From: Candidatus Moranbacteria bacterium GW2011_GWC2_40_12
GTDB taxonomy: Bacteria; Patescibacteriota; Minisyncoccia; Moranbacterales; UBA11712
DNA: 64,000 nucleotides
NCBI GenBank assembly: GCA_000995965.1
Contig: LBYD01000001.1
Coordinates: forward strand, 12,923-76,922
Reading direction: 5' to 3'
The translations under genes were made by a program, and so were the position numbers. The notes under the pieces are model-generated. The model did no database searches. It was not told where the DNA came from and saw only the letters and a list, made by a program, of their open reading frames with translations. Positions 38,843 through 49,674 of the stretch are shown piece by piece (within the stretch, counting starts at the first letter, position 1; each line of letters opens with the position of its first letter).

Positions 38843-40066
38843 ATGGAAAAAGAAATTGCTATCAAAGCCGAAAATATAAGCAAAACCTTCCGCATTCCCC
38901 ACGAGAAAATCTCGACGCTTAGGGGAGCTTTTGTGAACGCATTCAGCCGGAACAAAGGATATGAGGAATTCAAGGCGCTGGACGGCGTGAGCTTCGAGGT
39001 GAAAAAAGGGGAGTTTTTCGGGATCATTGGGCGAAACGGCAGCGGGAAATCAACACTTCTCAAGATCCTCGCCGGGATATACCAACCGGACAAGGGGAAG
39101 GTGAAAATCAACGGTCTCATTTCACCATTTCTTGAGCTCGGCATCGGCTTCAATCCGGAGCTTTCGGGACGAGACAATATATATCTCAATTCCGCTGTTT
39201 TGGGGCTCACGCACAAGCAGATCGATGAAAAATTTCAAGATATTGTGGATTTTTCGGAGCTCGGGCGCTTTATTGACCAAAAGGTGAAAAATTATTCTTC
39301 GGGAATGTATGTCCGTCTCGCATTTTCAGTGGCCATCCATGCGAACCGGGATATTCTGCTGATGGATGAAGTTCTCGCAGTGGGGGACACAAATTTTCAG
39401 AGTAAGTGCTTGACAGAGTTTAACAAATACAAAGACGCGGGGAAGACCGTGGTTTTGGTGACGCATGATATCGCGACAGTCCAAAGATATTGTGACCGGG
39501 CGATGCTTCTTCGCAACGGAAAGATTGAAATGATCGGAGATCCGCAAGAAGTCGGCAGTAAATATGTCTATCAAAATATGAGTGACGAGGAAAGAAGAAT
39601 GGCTGAAGAAAAAGGAAGAATAAAAAGGGAGATTTTGCGAAAGAAGGGAGAGGAAAAAAGCAAGGTAGTGGAAATAGCAAGAGTAGAATTCTTGGACAGA
39701 TACGGAAAAGAAAAAAATGTTTTTGAAACCGGGGAGAATATGTCAGTAAGAGTTTATTTCAAAAAAAATAAAAAAGTTTCTAAGCTCAATTTTGGAGTTG
39801 CGATTTATAATCAGGAAAATAATTATATCTTTGGCATTAATACGGTTATCGACAAAGTTAACACGCAAAAATACATAGAAAATAGTTACTTTCAAGTCGA
39901 TTATGAAAATATTCCGCTAAAAACGAACACTTATTTCATCAAGACCGGAATTTCTGGGGAAAATGGTGCGGTTGCTTATGATTTTCTTGACAGGTCAAAG
40001 ATTTTTAAAGTAATTTCAAAAAATCATAATGAAGGTTTAGTTGATTTATGTTACAGATGGAATTAA
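38843..40066 (+). CDS. wzt: Polysaccharide ABC exporter ATPase with C-terminal Wzt_C domain
   Basis: GRNGSGKST, YSSGM, DEVLAVGD; C-terminal extension. Confidence 0.95.
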   Translation: MEKEIAIKAENISKTFRIPHEKISTLRGAFVNAFSRNKGYEEFKALDGVSFEVKKGEFFGIIGRNGSGKSTLLKILAGIYQPDKGKVKINGLISPFLELGIGFNPELSGRDNIYLNSAVLGLTHKQIDEKFQDIVDFSELGRFIDQKVKNYSSGMYVRLAFSVAIHANRDILLMDEVLAVGDTNFQSKCLTEFNKYKDAGKTVVLVTHDIATVQRYCDRAMLLRNGKIEMIGDPQEVGSKYVYQNMSDEERRMAEEKGRIKREILRKKGEEKSKVVEIARVEFLDRYGKEKNVFETGENMSVRVYFKKNKKVSKLNFGVAIYNQENNYIFGINTVIDKVNTQKYIENSYFQVDYENIPLKTNTYFIKTGISGENGAVAYDFLDRSKIFKVISKNHNEGLVDLCYRWN

Positions 40067-40073
40067 TTATTAT

Positions 40074-40655
40074 ATGAAAAATAAGAAAATAATAAAAGGA
40101 CGGGTTGTCTGGCTGACTGGTTTGTCTTGCAGTGGCAAGACGACTATCTCGAAAGAACTGATAAAATATTTCAAGAAAAATAAATTGCCTGTCCAGTGGC
40201 TGGACGGCGATGTTGTGCGAAAAACCATAAACAAAGATTTGGGGTTTTCAAAAAAAGACCGGGATGAAAATATAGAGCGCGTGACACATATTGCGCAGAT
40301 GCTGGCTGAAAATGGCGTGAATGTAGTTGCGGCCTTTGTTTCACCGTATCGTAAAATGCGAAATTTCGCGAGAAAAATTTGTCCCAATTTCATCGAGGTT
40401 TATGTCGAATGCGACATCAAAGAATGTATCAGAAGGGACACAAAAGGCTTGTATAAAAAAGCACTGGCGGGAAAAATAAGGGATTTTACCGGGATTCAGG
40501 ATCCGTACGAACTGCCAAAAAAACCGGAAATTATCATTAATACGGAAGGAAAAAAAGCGGGAGAAAGCGCCCGAGAGCTGATTAGTCGGCTTGAAAGATT
40601 GGCCAGGTGGCCTAAATATACCGATCATATAAACGACAATTCGACGAGATCCTAA
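40074..40655 (+). CDS. cysC: Adenylyl-sulfate kinase
   Basis: WLTGLSCSGKTT, LDGD, DLGFS..DR, RDTKGLY, FTGI.DPYE.P. Confidence 0.95.
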   Translation: MKNKKIIKGRVVWLTGLSCSGKTTISKELIKYFKKNKLPVQWLDGDVVRKTINKDLGFSKKDRDENIERVTHIAQMLAENGVNVVAAFVSPYRKMRNFARKICPNFIEVYVECDIKECIRRDTKGLYKKALAGKIRDFTGIQDPYELPKKPEIIINTEGKKAGESARELISRLERLARWPKYTDHINDNSTRS

Positions 40656-40678
40656 GCACGCTAAAATGACCTCGGATA

Positions 40679-41749
40679 ATGAAAAAAATCACGGTGTCAG
40701 ACGAAATTTTGCAGGAAGCAAGAAATATCGCGGATAAAGTCTATCACCCTCTCGGGGAGTTTTTAGATGAAAAAAACCTGAAAGCGGTCTTGACATCGAT
40801 GCGGCTCAAAAACGGAAAAATTTGGCCGATGCCAATTGTCCTGGATGCTGAAAAGAGCATCGCGGAAAAAATAAAAGGCGAAAAAGAAATAATCCTGGCA
40901 GACAAAAAAAACAAAGAAATCTTCAAGCTATCCGGTATTTCCACATTCAAATTCGACAAATTATTTTTTTATAAAAACCTATTCGGGAGCGAAGACAAAA
41001 ACCATCCCGGGGTTGCGAAAACATTGGAAATGGGGGATTATTTAGTAGGAGGAAAAGTTCATTTGCTCAAGAAAAAATTGAAAAAACTGCACAAGTTGTT
41101 TTTTTCTCCTTCTGAAACAAAAAAGATATTTGAGAAAAGAAAATGGAAAAAAGTGGCCGCGTTTCAGACTCGCAACCCGCCCCACATTTCCCATGAGTAT
41201 ATCCAAAAAGACGCGCTCACGAAAGTCGACGGGTTGTTCATTAATCCGGTAATCGGCGGGAAAAAAAAAGGCGATTTCAGGGATGAGCACATTTTGGGCG
41301 CGTATGGCATATTAATGAAAAAAAACTATCCCAGAAATAAAGTCATTTTGGGGACTCTCCATACGTTTATGCGCTACGCCGGTCCGAAAGAGGCGGTTTT
41401 CCACGCGCTGATCAGAAAAAATTTCGGGTGCACGCATATGATCATCGGTCGGAACCACGCCGGAGCAGAAAATTATTATGATCCGTATGCGGCACATGAC
41501 ATTTTTGACCGGTTCGAAGAAAAGGAATTGGGAATAAAAATTTTGAAATATGAAAATGCTTTTTATTGCAATGAATGCAAAAAAATAGTTCTGGAAAAAG
41601 AATGTAGGCATGGAAAAAAGGCAAGAGTTGATATTTCCGGCAATAAATTGCGGGAAAAATTGACAAACGGCGAAATCATTCCAAAAGAATTCGTGAGAAA
41701 AGAAGTAGCTGAATATTTAAGAGCGAAAAGGAAAAATATTTTTTGCTAA
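40679..41749 (+). CDS. sat: Sulfate adenylyltransferase (Sat type)
   Basis: WPMPIVL, HPGV, FQTRNPPH, MRYAGPKEAVFHA, RKNFGCTH.IIGRNHAG. Confidence 0.94.
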   Translation: MKKITVSDEILQEARNIADKVYHPLGEFLDEKNLKAVLTSMRLKNGKIWPMPIVLDAEKSIAEKIKGEKEIILADKKNKEIFKLSGISTFKFDKLFFYKNLFGSEDKNHPGVAKTLEMGDYLVGGKVHLLKKKLKKLHKLFFSPSETKKIFEKRKWKKVAAFQTRNPPHISHEYIQKDALTKVDGLFINPVIGGKKKGDFRDEHILGAYGILMKKNYPRNKVILGTLHTFMRYAGPKEAVFHALIRKNFGCTHMIIGRNHAGAENYYDPYAAHDIFDRFEEKELGIKILKYENAFYCNECKKIVLEKECRHGKKARVDISGNKLREKLTNGEIIPKEFVRKEVAEYLRAKRKNIFC

Positions 41750-41755
41750 TGAATC

Positions 41756-42646
41756 ATGAAATTTTTAATATCTTTTTGCAACCAATCTGGAGATTCTAGA
41801 AACAATCTTCTTCTGATTGATCTGAAAACGGGCAAAAAACGATATTTATTGAACAATGTAGGTGGGTTTACCGGACTTGGGCAAGATAGCAAATATTTAT
41901 ACGCGCTTTCACAGACCTCGCCAACAAGGATATATATTATTGAGAAAGGCTCTGGAAAAAGTATATTGTTGCAGAAATTGGAAGAAGTTCTTGATCCTCA
42001 TTCTTTGGCTGTTTCCGAAAATTTTTTGTATGTTGTGTCTACGGGTAATGATCAAGTTCTACAATATAAATTTGATAGAGTTAAAAATAAATTGTTTTTT
42101 CAGAAAATATTTTGGTGGCCCAACGGTTCCGATAAAATATCAGATACTCATCATATAAATTCCTTATTCATGCTTAACAATCAGATGTATGTTTCGGCTT
42201 TTGGCCCTAAAAAATCGGAAAAGTGGAGTTCTGCAGACGAAGGTTATATCCTGAACATCACTGAAAATAGAAAAGAAATCGAACATATTTATCACCCTCA
42301 TTCAATTTTTACAGAAGGCAGTATATTTTCAAAAAGAAATATCTATTATTGCGAATCCTCGACAAAAAGTGTTAAAAAAAATAATTTAACATTGATTAAA
42401 TTGGATTTGGGATATACGAGGGGATTATATTTACAAGGCAAGTATTTGGCGTTGGGGACGAGTAGCGGTCGAAAACATTCAAAAAGCACTGGGCTTATAA
42501 ATAATCCTGCGGATGAGGGAACACCAGAGGATGATTGCCGGTTGCTTATTTTCAAGAAAAATTTTTTCAATAAATTTGTGCTCAAAAAAAGTTTTGATTT
42601 CTTGCCAAATCATAAAGAAATATATGCTATTATCGCTTTAACCTGA
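41756..42646 (+). CDS. Beta-propeller-like protein (DUF4915-like)
   Basis: DPHSL, DTHHINS, HPHS, GYTRGL..GTS. Family assignment is from recall. Confidence 0.6.
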   Translation: MKFLISFCNQSGDSRNNLLLIDLKTGKKRYLLNNVGGFTGLGQDSKYLYALSQTSPTRIYIIEKGSGKSILLQKLEEVLDPHSLAVSENFLYVVSTGNDQVLQYKFDRVKNKLFFQKIFWWPNGSDKISDTHHINSLFMLNNQMYVSAFGPKKSEKWSSADEGYILNITENRKEIEHIYHPHSIFTEGSIFSKRNIYYCESSTKSVKKNNLTLIKLDLGYTRGLYLQGKYLALGTSSGRKHSKSTGLINNPADEGTPEDDCRLLIFKKNFFNKFVLKKSFDFLPNHKEIYAIIALT

Positions 42647-42652
42647 AATAAC

Positions 42653-45484
42653 ATGATCTGGAAATACCATAAACCAAAATTTGAATACGAAAGAGTGCTG
42701 AATCCGCTGGAAACCGGGTGGGTTGGCCATGTTTTTTTTGCCTATGACCTGGTCAGAAACACGAAACCAAAAAGAATCGTTGAGCTCGGCACTCATTTCG
42801 GACATTCTTTTTTTGCTTTCTGCCAGGCGGAAAAAGACGAGGGGACAGATGATGCGGAGCTGGTCGCGGTTGATACCTGGGAAGGGGACGAACATTCCGG
42901 TTTTTATGACAATTCTGTTTATAATGGTGTGGAAAAAATAAAAAATACTTTTTATAATGGTCTGAACATCCGGCTCCTTCGGAAAACTTTTGACGAAGCA
43001 GTTTCTGATTTTGAAGATAATTCAATTGACATATTGCATATCGATGGGCTGCATACTTATGAAGCCGTGAAGCATGATTTTGATTCATGGATCGGCAAAG
43101 TGAAAAAGGACGGCATCATTCTTCTCCATGATACTGCGGTCAGAGCAGGAGACTTCGGTGTTTATAAATTGTGGGATGAAATCAAGAAAAAATATAATAC
43201 TTTGGAATTCGATCATTCACATGGCCTAGGTGTAATGTTCAAAGGTCCAAAACACTATAAGAAGATAAATATATTCAAAGAAATTTGGAGACATTACTAC
43301 ACAATATTTAGCGAGAACAAGCTTATCAAATTTGAAATTGACAATATTAACAAAGAAATACAGAAAAAAGATAATGAGATAAAATTGCTTAGTGTTACAG
43401 AGCAGCAGAAGAATCAAAATTTAGCCGAACTTCGCAATTTCTTACAGCAAAAAGACAATAAAATATCTAATTTAAGTAGCGAAATAAAGCGTAAGGATAA
43501 TGAAATCAGGCAGAAAGATCAGATTGTCCAGCAGAAAGATCAGATTGTCCAGCAGATGGAAGTCGAAATCAATCTAATGAAGTCCTCAAAATTCTGGATT
43601 TTAAGGAATCGCTATATAAAAATAAGATACTTTCGGATGAAACACTTTTTTCAGCTTATTCCGAAAGCCCTTAGGATACTCTGGAAAGATGGCGTCGGGA
43701 AATTTTCATGGGCAACTTATAAATATCTTATTCACGGATGGGATTATTTCAAGCCAAAACCGCAGCCCGAAAAGCCGAAGACCGATTACGAAAAATGGGT
43801 CGAAAAAAATGAAAAGTGGGATAGCGTTGAGATAGAGAAAGAGATAGAAAAATTCAAATACAAACCGAAAATTTCCATAATCACTCCTGTTTATAATGTT
43901 GACCCAAAGTGGCTCGACAAATGCATCGAATCTGTAAGAAGTCAATTCTATGAAAATTGGGAGCTTCGTCTTCACGATGACGCTTCAACAAAAAAAGAAA
44001 CGGTCGAGTGTCTCAAAAAATGGGAGAAAAAAGACGACAAGCGGATAAAAATATCTTACGGAAAAGAAAACCAGCATATTTCCGGTGCCTCAAATGAAGC
44101 CCTGAAGTTGGCGACTGGTGAGTTTGTTGCGCTTCTCGACAACGATGACGAGCTTTCTCCGAATGCGCTTTTCGAAAACGCGAAACTCATCAACGAACAT
44201 TCGGAAGCTGATTTCATATACAGCGATGAAGATAAAATTGAAACAAATGGGAAAAGAAATGATCCCTTTTTCAAACCCGACTGGTCTCCCGATCTCTTTC
44301 TTTCGCAGATGTATACGTGCCATCTGGGAGTTTATCGGAAATCAATCATTAATGAAATCGGCGGATTCCGTAAAGGCTACGAGGGATCGCAAGATTATGA
44401 CCTGGTTCTGCGATTCATTGAAAAAACAAAACCGGAAAATATTTTTCATATTCCTAAAATTCTCTATCACTGGAAAAAAATTCCCGGTTCGATGGCCAGA
44501 AATGAAATTGCTAAAGATTATACTGCCGCAGCGGCCCAAAAAGCTCTGAAAGATTATTTGGTAAGGAACAATATTGAGGGTGAAGTTTTGGACGGAAAAT
44601 TTCCAGGGACATATCGAGTGAAAAGGAAAATCTTGGGGAATCCGAAAATTTCAATAGTTATTCCCTTTCGGGATAAAGTGAAAGTGTTAGATACATGCGT
44701 GAAAAGCATTCTCGAAAAAACTTCTTACAGCAATTATGAAATTATCCTAGTCGATAATCAAAGCAATGAAAACAAAACCGCTGATTATCTAAAATCGATA
44801 AAGGAAAATGAGAAGGTGAAATTGATAAAATACGACCGTCCGTTTAACTTTTCTGCGATAAATAACTATGCAACGAAAAAATGTCACGGGGATTATATAT
44901 TGTTTCTCAATAATGACGTCGAAGTCATTTCGCCGGAGTGGCTGAATTCAATGGTCGAACATATCCAAAGAAAAGAAGTGGGGGCAGTAGGAGCAAAATT
45001 ATTATATTTTGACAATACAATCCAACATGCAGGCGTGGTTGTAGGCCCGGGAGGAGTTGCCGGCCATGCATTCAAAACTTTCTCTGACGAAGAGACGGGA
45101 TATTTTTCTCACCATCACCTAATAAAAAATTACAACGTTGTCACAGCTGCCTGCATTCTTGTGAAAAAAGAAGTTTTTGAAAAGGTTGGTAGTTTCGATG
45201 AAAGCAATCTGCCTGTCGCGTTCAATGATGTTGATCTTTGCCTTAAAATAAGGGAAGCGGGATATTTGATTGTTTGGACGCCCTTTGCGAAACTTTATCA
45301 CTATGAGTCGTTGAGCAGGGGAAACGACGAGGATTTCAAAGAAAGCGATCCGAAAGAATACGAAAGAGTAATGTCGGAAAGAATTTATGCCAAAAACAAG
45401 TGGAAAAAGTATATCGAGAATGATCCCTATTACAGCCCGAATTTGACCCAAAAAAAAGAAGACTTCAGTATCAAGATTAATTGA
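42653..45484 (+). CDS. Methyltransferase + coiled coil + two GT2 domains
   Basis: VELGTHFG, HIDGLHTYEAV; QQKD heptads; SIITPVYN..DDAS..DNDD; IVIPFRD..FLNND..NDVD. Confidence 0.92.
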   Translation: MIWKYHKPKFEYERVLNPLETGWVGHVFFAYDLVRNTKPKRIVELGTHFGHSFFAFCQAEKDEGTDDAELVAVDTWEGDEHSGFYDNSVYNGVEKIKNTFYNGLNIRLLRKTFDEAVSDFEDNSIDILHIDGLHTYEAVKHDFDSWIGKVKKDGIILLHDTAVRAGDFGVYKLWDEIKKKYNTLEFDHSHGLGVMFKGPKHYKKINIFKEIWRHYYTIFSENKLIKFEIDNINKEIQKKDNEIKLLSVTEQQKNQNLAELRNFLQQKDNKISNLSSEIKRKDNEIRQKDQIVQQKDQIVQQMEVEINLMKSSKFWILRNRYIKIRYFRMKHFFQLIPKALRILWKDGVGKFSWATYKYLIHGWDYFKPKPQPEKPKTDYEKWVEKNEKWDSVEIEKEIEKFKYKPKISIITPVYNVDPKWLDKCIESVRSQFYENWELRLHDDASTKKETVECLKKWEKKDDKRIKISYGKENQHISGASNEALKLATGEFVALLDNDDELSPNALFENAKLINEHSEADFIYSDEDKIETNGKRNDPFFKPDWSPDLFLSQMYTCHLGVYRKSIINEIGGFRKGYEGSQDYDLVLRFIEKTKPENIFHIPKILYHWKKIPGSMARNEIAKDYTAAAAQKALKDYLVRNNIEGEVLDGKFPGTYRVKRKILGNPKISIVIPFRDKVKVLDTCVKSILEKTSYSNYEIILVDNQSNENKTADYLKSIKENEKVKLIKYDRPFNFSAINNYATKKCHGDYILFLNNDVEVISPEWLNSMVEHIQRKEVGAVGAKLLYFDNTIQHAGVVVGPGGVAGHAFKTFSDEETGYFSHHHLIKNYNVVTAACILVKKEVFEKVGSFDESNLPVAFNDVDLCLKIREAGYLIVWTPFAKLYHYESLSRGNDEDFKESDPKEYERVMSERIYAKNKWKKYIENDPYYSPNLTQKKEDFSIKIN

Positions 45485-46235
45485 AAAACCTTAGCAACTT
45501 TCGCAAAATACTCTGCAATTTGCCGTTTTTTTGTTTTCTCAATATTGTTATTATCTCTTCTCCATTTTCTTGCAATTCTAATATTTCAAATGAGTTATTG
45601 AGATATATTCGAGATTTTGTTACGAATTCTTTGAAGGTTAGGGCATCCCAAACATGGAAATGAATGCTATAATTCATATCCAGAAATTTTTTAGTAGCTT
45701 CTTCCCGTTCAGAAAGTGGTTTATCCTTATATACAGCGTTAGCGAACTCAAAAAAATGTTTTCTCCTTAAATTATCATCAGCTATTCCCTTTTTGTCGTC
45801 ATTGACAAGATGTTTGAAATCCGTGAGTTCTCTTCCTGCATCAAATGTGTGTCTCTTATCAGGAACAGCATAATAGAGCACTCCGTTATTCGTTAGCTTT
45901 GCCAAATGATTTCTAATTGTGCCGATAGGGTTTTCGCAGTGTTCCAGCATATGGTTCGCAATAATAAAATCAAGGCTATCATTTTGTATAGTAAGGAGCC
46001 TCTCCCCGTCATCAATAATATCCACTCTTGTTAATTCATATTGGTCGAGCTCCGGATAATGAGACTTGAGGCCAGGATTATCAAGGCGGTCAACATACTT
46101 CACGGCGGCTTTTTCATTTACCCAAAGAGGGCGGTGAAGAGCACCAATTTCGATACCGTTTCCATGAAGATATTTATTGCTTAGATCTTTCCTGACTTTT
46201 TGAATATCCTGTTTTTCTATGGCTTCATTTGTCAT
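45477..46235 (-). CDS. SAM-dependent methyltransferase
   Basis: GIEIGA, DFIIANHMLEH, VPDKR.TFD, HFHVW. Confidence 0.85.
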   Translation of the reverse strand: MTNEAIEKQDIQKVRKDLSNKYLHGNGIEIGALHRPLWVNEKAAVKYVDRLDNPGLKSHYPELDQYELTRVDIIDDGERLLTIQNDSLDFIIANHMLEHCENPIGTIRNHLAKLTNNGVLYYAVPDKRHTFDAGRELTDFKHLVNDDKKGIADDNLRRKHFFEFANAVYKDKPLSEREEATKKFLDMNYSIHFHVWDALTFKEFVTKSRIYLNNSFEILELQENGEEIITILRKQKNGKLQSILRKLLRFFN

Positions 46236-46237
46236 AT

Positions 46238-49200
46238 TTAGTCTGCTTGAATTATATTTAGAGCGTTTATTTTAAATTGTATCGGCGAATTGTTCTGCAG
46301 GGATAGCCACGTATTTTGATAATCTTTCCAGGCATACTGTGCGCTTATTCGTATGACATATTTGTGCTGTTGGCCGTCATTCACGGCAGTAAATTGGACT
46401 GTTCCTCGAGTTTGCGTATTATCGCCGTATTGCAATATTATGTTGGGATTATTTGTTTCACTAACTTGAAACGATTGCAAGTCAACCACAACATATGTTC
46501 CATATTTTTTTTCTTCATCGGTTAGCGGCGGAAAATCGTAGCGGTAGGCGTTGTTTGAATCATCTCCCGAAGCCGAAAGAAATGATACATTAGTTTGTTC
46601 TTTATTTGGTCTATTTTGTAAAAATCCTTCAGCTTTTCGCAAAACAGGAAGATTTTCCATTATTTTTGAATCATACTTCCCCCAGATATAAGGCAGATAA
46701 TTTATTTGAAAATTTTGTGGCAAAACAGAATCCTCAATTGTTCCGATGATTGGATCGGATGATTGAATAAGCTGCATTGTTTTTAAATCGAAAAGATCGT
46801 TTTCAACGAAATCAAGACGAAGATCATCCAGCTTTGCTGCTTCCTTTTTCGGAGTGACAGGGAAATATAAATAATTCTGGCCGGAATTTGCCATTAGCGT
46901 GCTCGAATTTTCCTCTTTGAATTCGGAACCGTCCAAAGCATAGAAAAGTTGCATGATTCCGCCGAGTTGAGATTCTCCCTCGGCATAAAGATAATAATAA
47001 CTTTGTTTTTGCAGCTCTAATCCTTTTTTATCCGAAATTAATTGATATATAAAGGGATCCTTTCCGTTTGCCTGAAACAAAGTTTCGTTTGGATTATGAG
47101 CGATGGAGTTGCTGCCAACATCGGATAATAGTTTCTTTGAGCCCAGTAATTCTTTTTTCGGGGAACTATTTTTGGGCTGCCAATCATTGCGGATCCAAAT
47201 TTCGCGACTGTTGATAATTGCATATGGATGATAATTTTGGTAGAAGTATTCCGCAAGCTTATAGTAGCGAATTTGAAAAGGAACGCTATCCAAATTATAG
47301 GGAACAGTATAAGCAAAAACTAATACGGGGATTTCATATTTCTTCAGTCTTCGAAGAGCACTTTCCTGCAGATAATCATCATGCATCAGCATTAAGTGGT
47401 TTGTGAAAAAAGGTGTCTCCTTGTGAGTATAAACGTATAGCATTGGGCTATTGCTGAAATCAAAAAAAGTTTCTTTGTCCTTCATCTGATTATTGATAAA
47501 GTTCGCAAATTCATTGAAATTTGAGTTCGCAATATTTTCTGGTATTATTCCCCGCTCAATACGGCCTTGTTCCGGTTTGACGGCTGGAAGCTGTTTTAAA
47601 TGTGCTACAGCATCGGACATGATTCCAGTATTTTTCAAGAGTATCGGCGTTTTAGGATTAGACGGAATCAGATTGAATTGGTAAATAATAAATGTAGTCG
47701 CGATCATAAATCCTGAAAATTGAACGTAAACACCTTTTTTTTCAAGCATAAAAAAAACTAATCCGCCGAAGAGAAGCGTGGCGAAAGTCGAAAGCTCCAT
47801 TGTCGTGTTTTCGAAAAGATTGTGGCGCACAGTCCCGCGCAAAGCCATATTTATTAGCGTAAAAGCAGCGAGAAAAAAGTAGCTCAATAATACCACCCGA
47901 CTGACAGTTAAGCGTCGCAGTCGGCTATAAATGATAAGCGCGCATATGCTAGTGACGAGAACAAACGGTGTGATGAAATAGTGCCAAATCGAGTATCCGT
48001 CTATCCTGTTGTTCCATAGCGCTGGATAGGCGAAAGCTTGATTGGAGTTGAGGATATGAGAGAAATCTCTGAGCCAAGGAATGATCGGGGTTTCACGAAT
48101 TGCAAGCAGAGCCATGAAAAGACTCGATGCAAAGATAAAAATAACGGCAAAAATTTTGACCAATTTTTTCCATTGGATCGATAGAGGCAATGAAGCCGAA
48201 AGGGCAAGTATAACAGCCGCTATAATCGCGATAATAGAGGATGTGCCTATATCAATTCTGAATAAAATCGCAAGAGGAAGCGCTGATGCCAGCATTACAT
48301 ATGACGACAATTTTTGCGTGCGAAGAGCATAAATGAATAAGCCCAATACCAGAAGCGATATCGTATAAAGAGCAGGAAATAATATTCCAAGTTGTGGAAC
48401 CAAAAGGATAGTGCCCAGGGAAATATAAGCGTTTTTAGTTATCCCTTTAATGAAAAAATAGATAACCAACATTTCAAAAACGCTTTGCAAAAAATCGTAA
48501 TGAGACCATCCAGTCGCGCTGTATCCATTCAGTCCGGCATATATAAATCCCCATATCGCGTCAGAAAAGACATGAGCATTAAACGATTCAATGATTGGTA
48601 TTTTGCCGAATTCAAAAAACTGTTGGATCATCAAACCCGAGTTAGCCGGCTCGAACATATCGGTCGGAACCGGAACTAATGGAGTATACCAAAGTAGTGT
48701 GCCAAGGCTGACAATTAGCATTGGAAAATAAACAAAGTGGAGTAACTTGGCGGCGCTGGGCTTCCAGAAACGGCTGATCCAAAATAAGACTGCGGAACAA
48801 AAGAATATTGCAATCACTCCAACCGTTGAAATGGCTGTTGGCGAAACTAAATTTATGCCGTGATGGTTCGCGACGAGGTAAGCTTCCTTACTAAAAAAAG
48901 GCAAAAACGAAGCAAACGCGAGTGGCGCTGTGGAAAGAAGCAGGGTTGATAATTGTCCATCACTTGTTTTTTGTCGATATTTTTTCGGGATTATTAATTC
49001 CCAAAACAATGAACCAACGAATGCGATTATTGTGCAGATGATAAAAATAAAGATTGTATCATGAGGAGGATGGGAAAAGCCCAAAAGATTGAAAATTTTC
49101 GAGTTGTCAGAAATGAATGCTGCACCCGAGAAAGAAATAATGAAAAGCCAGCTCATGTATGTATGCGCGTTTAGATACTGCAGGACCGGCCAGCGTCTCG

Positions 49201-49639
49201 AAAGAAATTCGCTGAGAATGCTGAGCAGGTGAATACTGAGGATAGCAAAAAGAAAAAAGAACGGGGGATCCTGAGGAATGAATAGATAAAAGAAGAAAGA
49301 AAATAATCCCACAAATGACGATGCTTTGATAACAGTGCGTGTTGCAGAAGAAAGGAACCGCTGGAAAAACGAGAAGATTAAAGAAACAGCAAGGCCAACA
49401 AGAACAACCAAAACAAGCGATATTACGGTCGTTGTTATTCGGCCAGAGACATCCAGCTGGCTAAGCGTTGCAGCTGATATAATACGTCCCTTGAAATTTG
49501 TAAGCTTAAATGATTGATGCGACAGCCAAAGATTCAATATCCAAAGAGTATAGAAAAAAATAGCAAAACCATATTCCTGCGCTAATTGCGGTATACTTTT
49601 TATAAATTCATTTATTTTAGATGCTATCAATTTCCGCAT
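46238..49639 (-). CDS. Large polytopic membrane protein with C-terminal extracellular domain (putative GT-C transferase)
   Basis: ~17 hydrophobic segments followed by a soluble domain (FFDFSN.P, LRLD). Confidence 0.75.
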   Translation of the reverse strand: MRKLIASKINEFIKSIPQLAQEYGFAIFFYTLWILNLWLSHQSFKLTNFKGRIISAATLSQLDVSGRITTTVISLVLVVLVGLAVSLIFSFFQRFLSSATRTVIKASSFVGLFSFFFYLFIPQDPPFFFLFAILSIHLLSILSEFLSRRWPVLQYLNAHTYMSWLFIISFSGAAFISDNSKIFNLLGFSHPPHDTIFIFIICTIIAFVGSLFWELIIPKKYRQKTSDGQLSTLLLSTAPLAFASFLPFFSKEAYLVANHHGINLVSPTAISTVGVIAIFFCSAVLFWISRFWKPSAAKLLHFVYFPMLIVSLGTLLWYTPLVPVPTDMFEPANSGLMIQQFFEFGKIPIIESFNAHVFSDAIWGFIYAGLNGYSATGWSHYDFLQSVFEMLVIYFFIKGITKNAYISLGTILLVPQLGILFPALYTISLLVLGLFIYALRTQKLSSYVMLASALPLAILFRIDIGTSSIIAIIAAVILALSASLPLSIQWKKLVKIFAVIFIFASSLFMALLAIRETPIIPWLRDFSHILNSNQAFAYPALWNNRIDGYSIWHYFITPFVLVTSICALIIYSRLRRLTVSRVVLLSYFFLAAFTLINMALRGTVRHNLFENTTMELSTFATLLFGGLVFFMLEKKGVYVQFSGFMIATTFIIYQFNLIPSNPKTPILLKNTGIMSDAVAHLKQLPAVKPEQGRIERGIIPENIANSNFNEFANFINNQMKDKETFFDFSNSPMLYVYTHKETPFFTNHLMLMHDDYLQESALRRLKKYEIPVLVFAYTVPYNLDSVPFQIRYYKLAEYFYQNYHPYAIINSREIWIRNDWQPKNSSPKKELLGSKKLLSDVGSNSIAHNPNETLFQANGKDPFIYQLISDKKGLELQKQSYYYLYAEGESQLGGIMQLFYALDGSEFKEENSSTLMANSGQNYLYFPVTPKKEAAKLDDLRLDFVENDLFDLKTMQLIQSSDPIIGTIEDSVLPQNFQINYLPYIWGKYDSKIMENLPVLRKAEGFLQNRPNKEQTNVSFLSASGDDSNNAYRYDFPPLTDEEKKYGTYVVVDLQSFQVSETNNPNIILQYGDNTQTRGTVQFTAVNDGQQHKYVIRISAQYAWKDYQNTWLSLQNNSPIQFKINALNIIQAD

Positions 49640-49674
49640 TTTTTATTTTTCGGATTGGCATTAAATTTTTAGTT

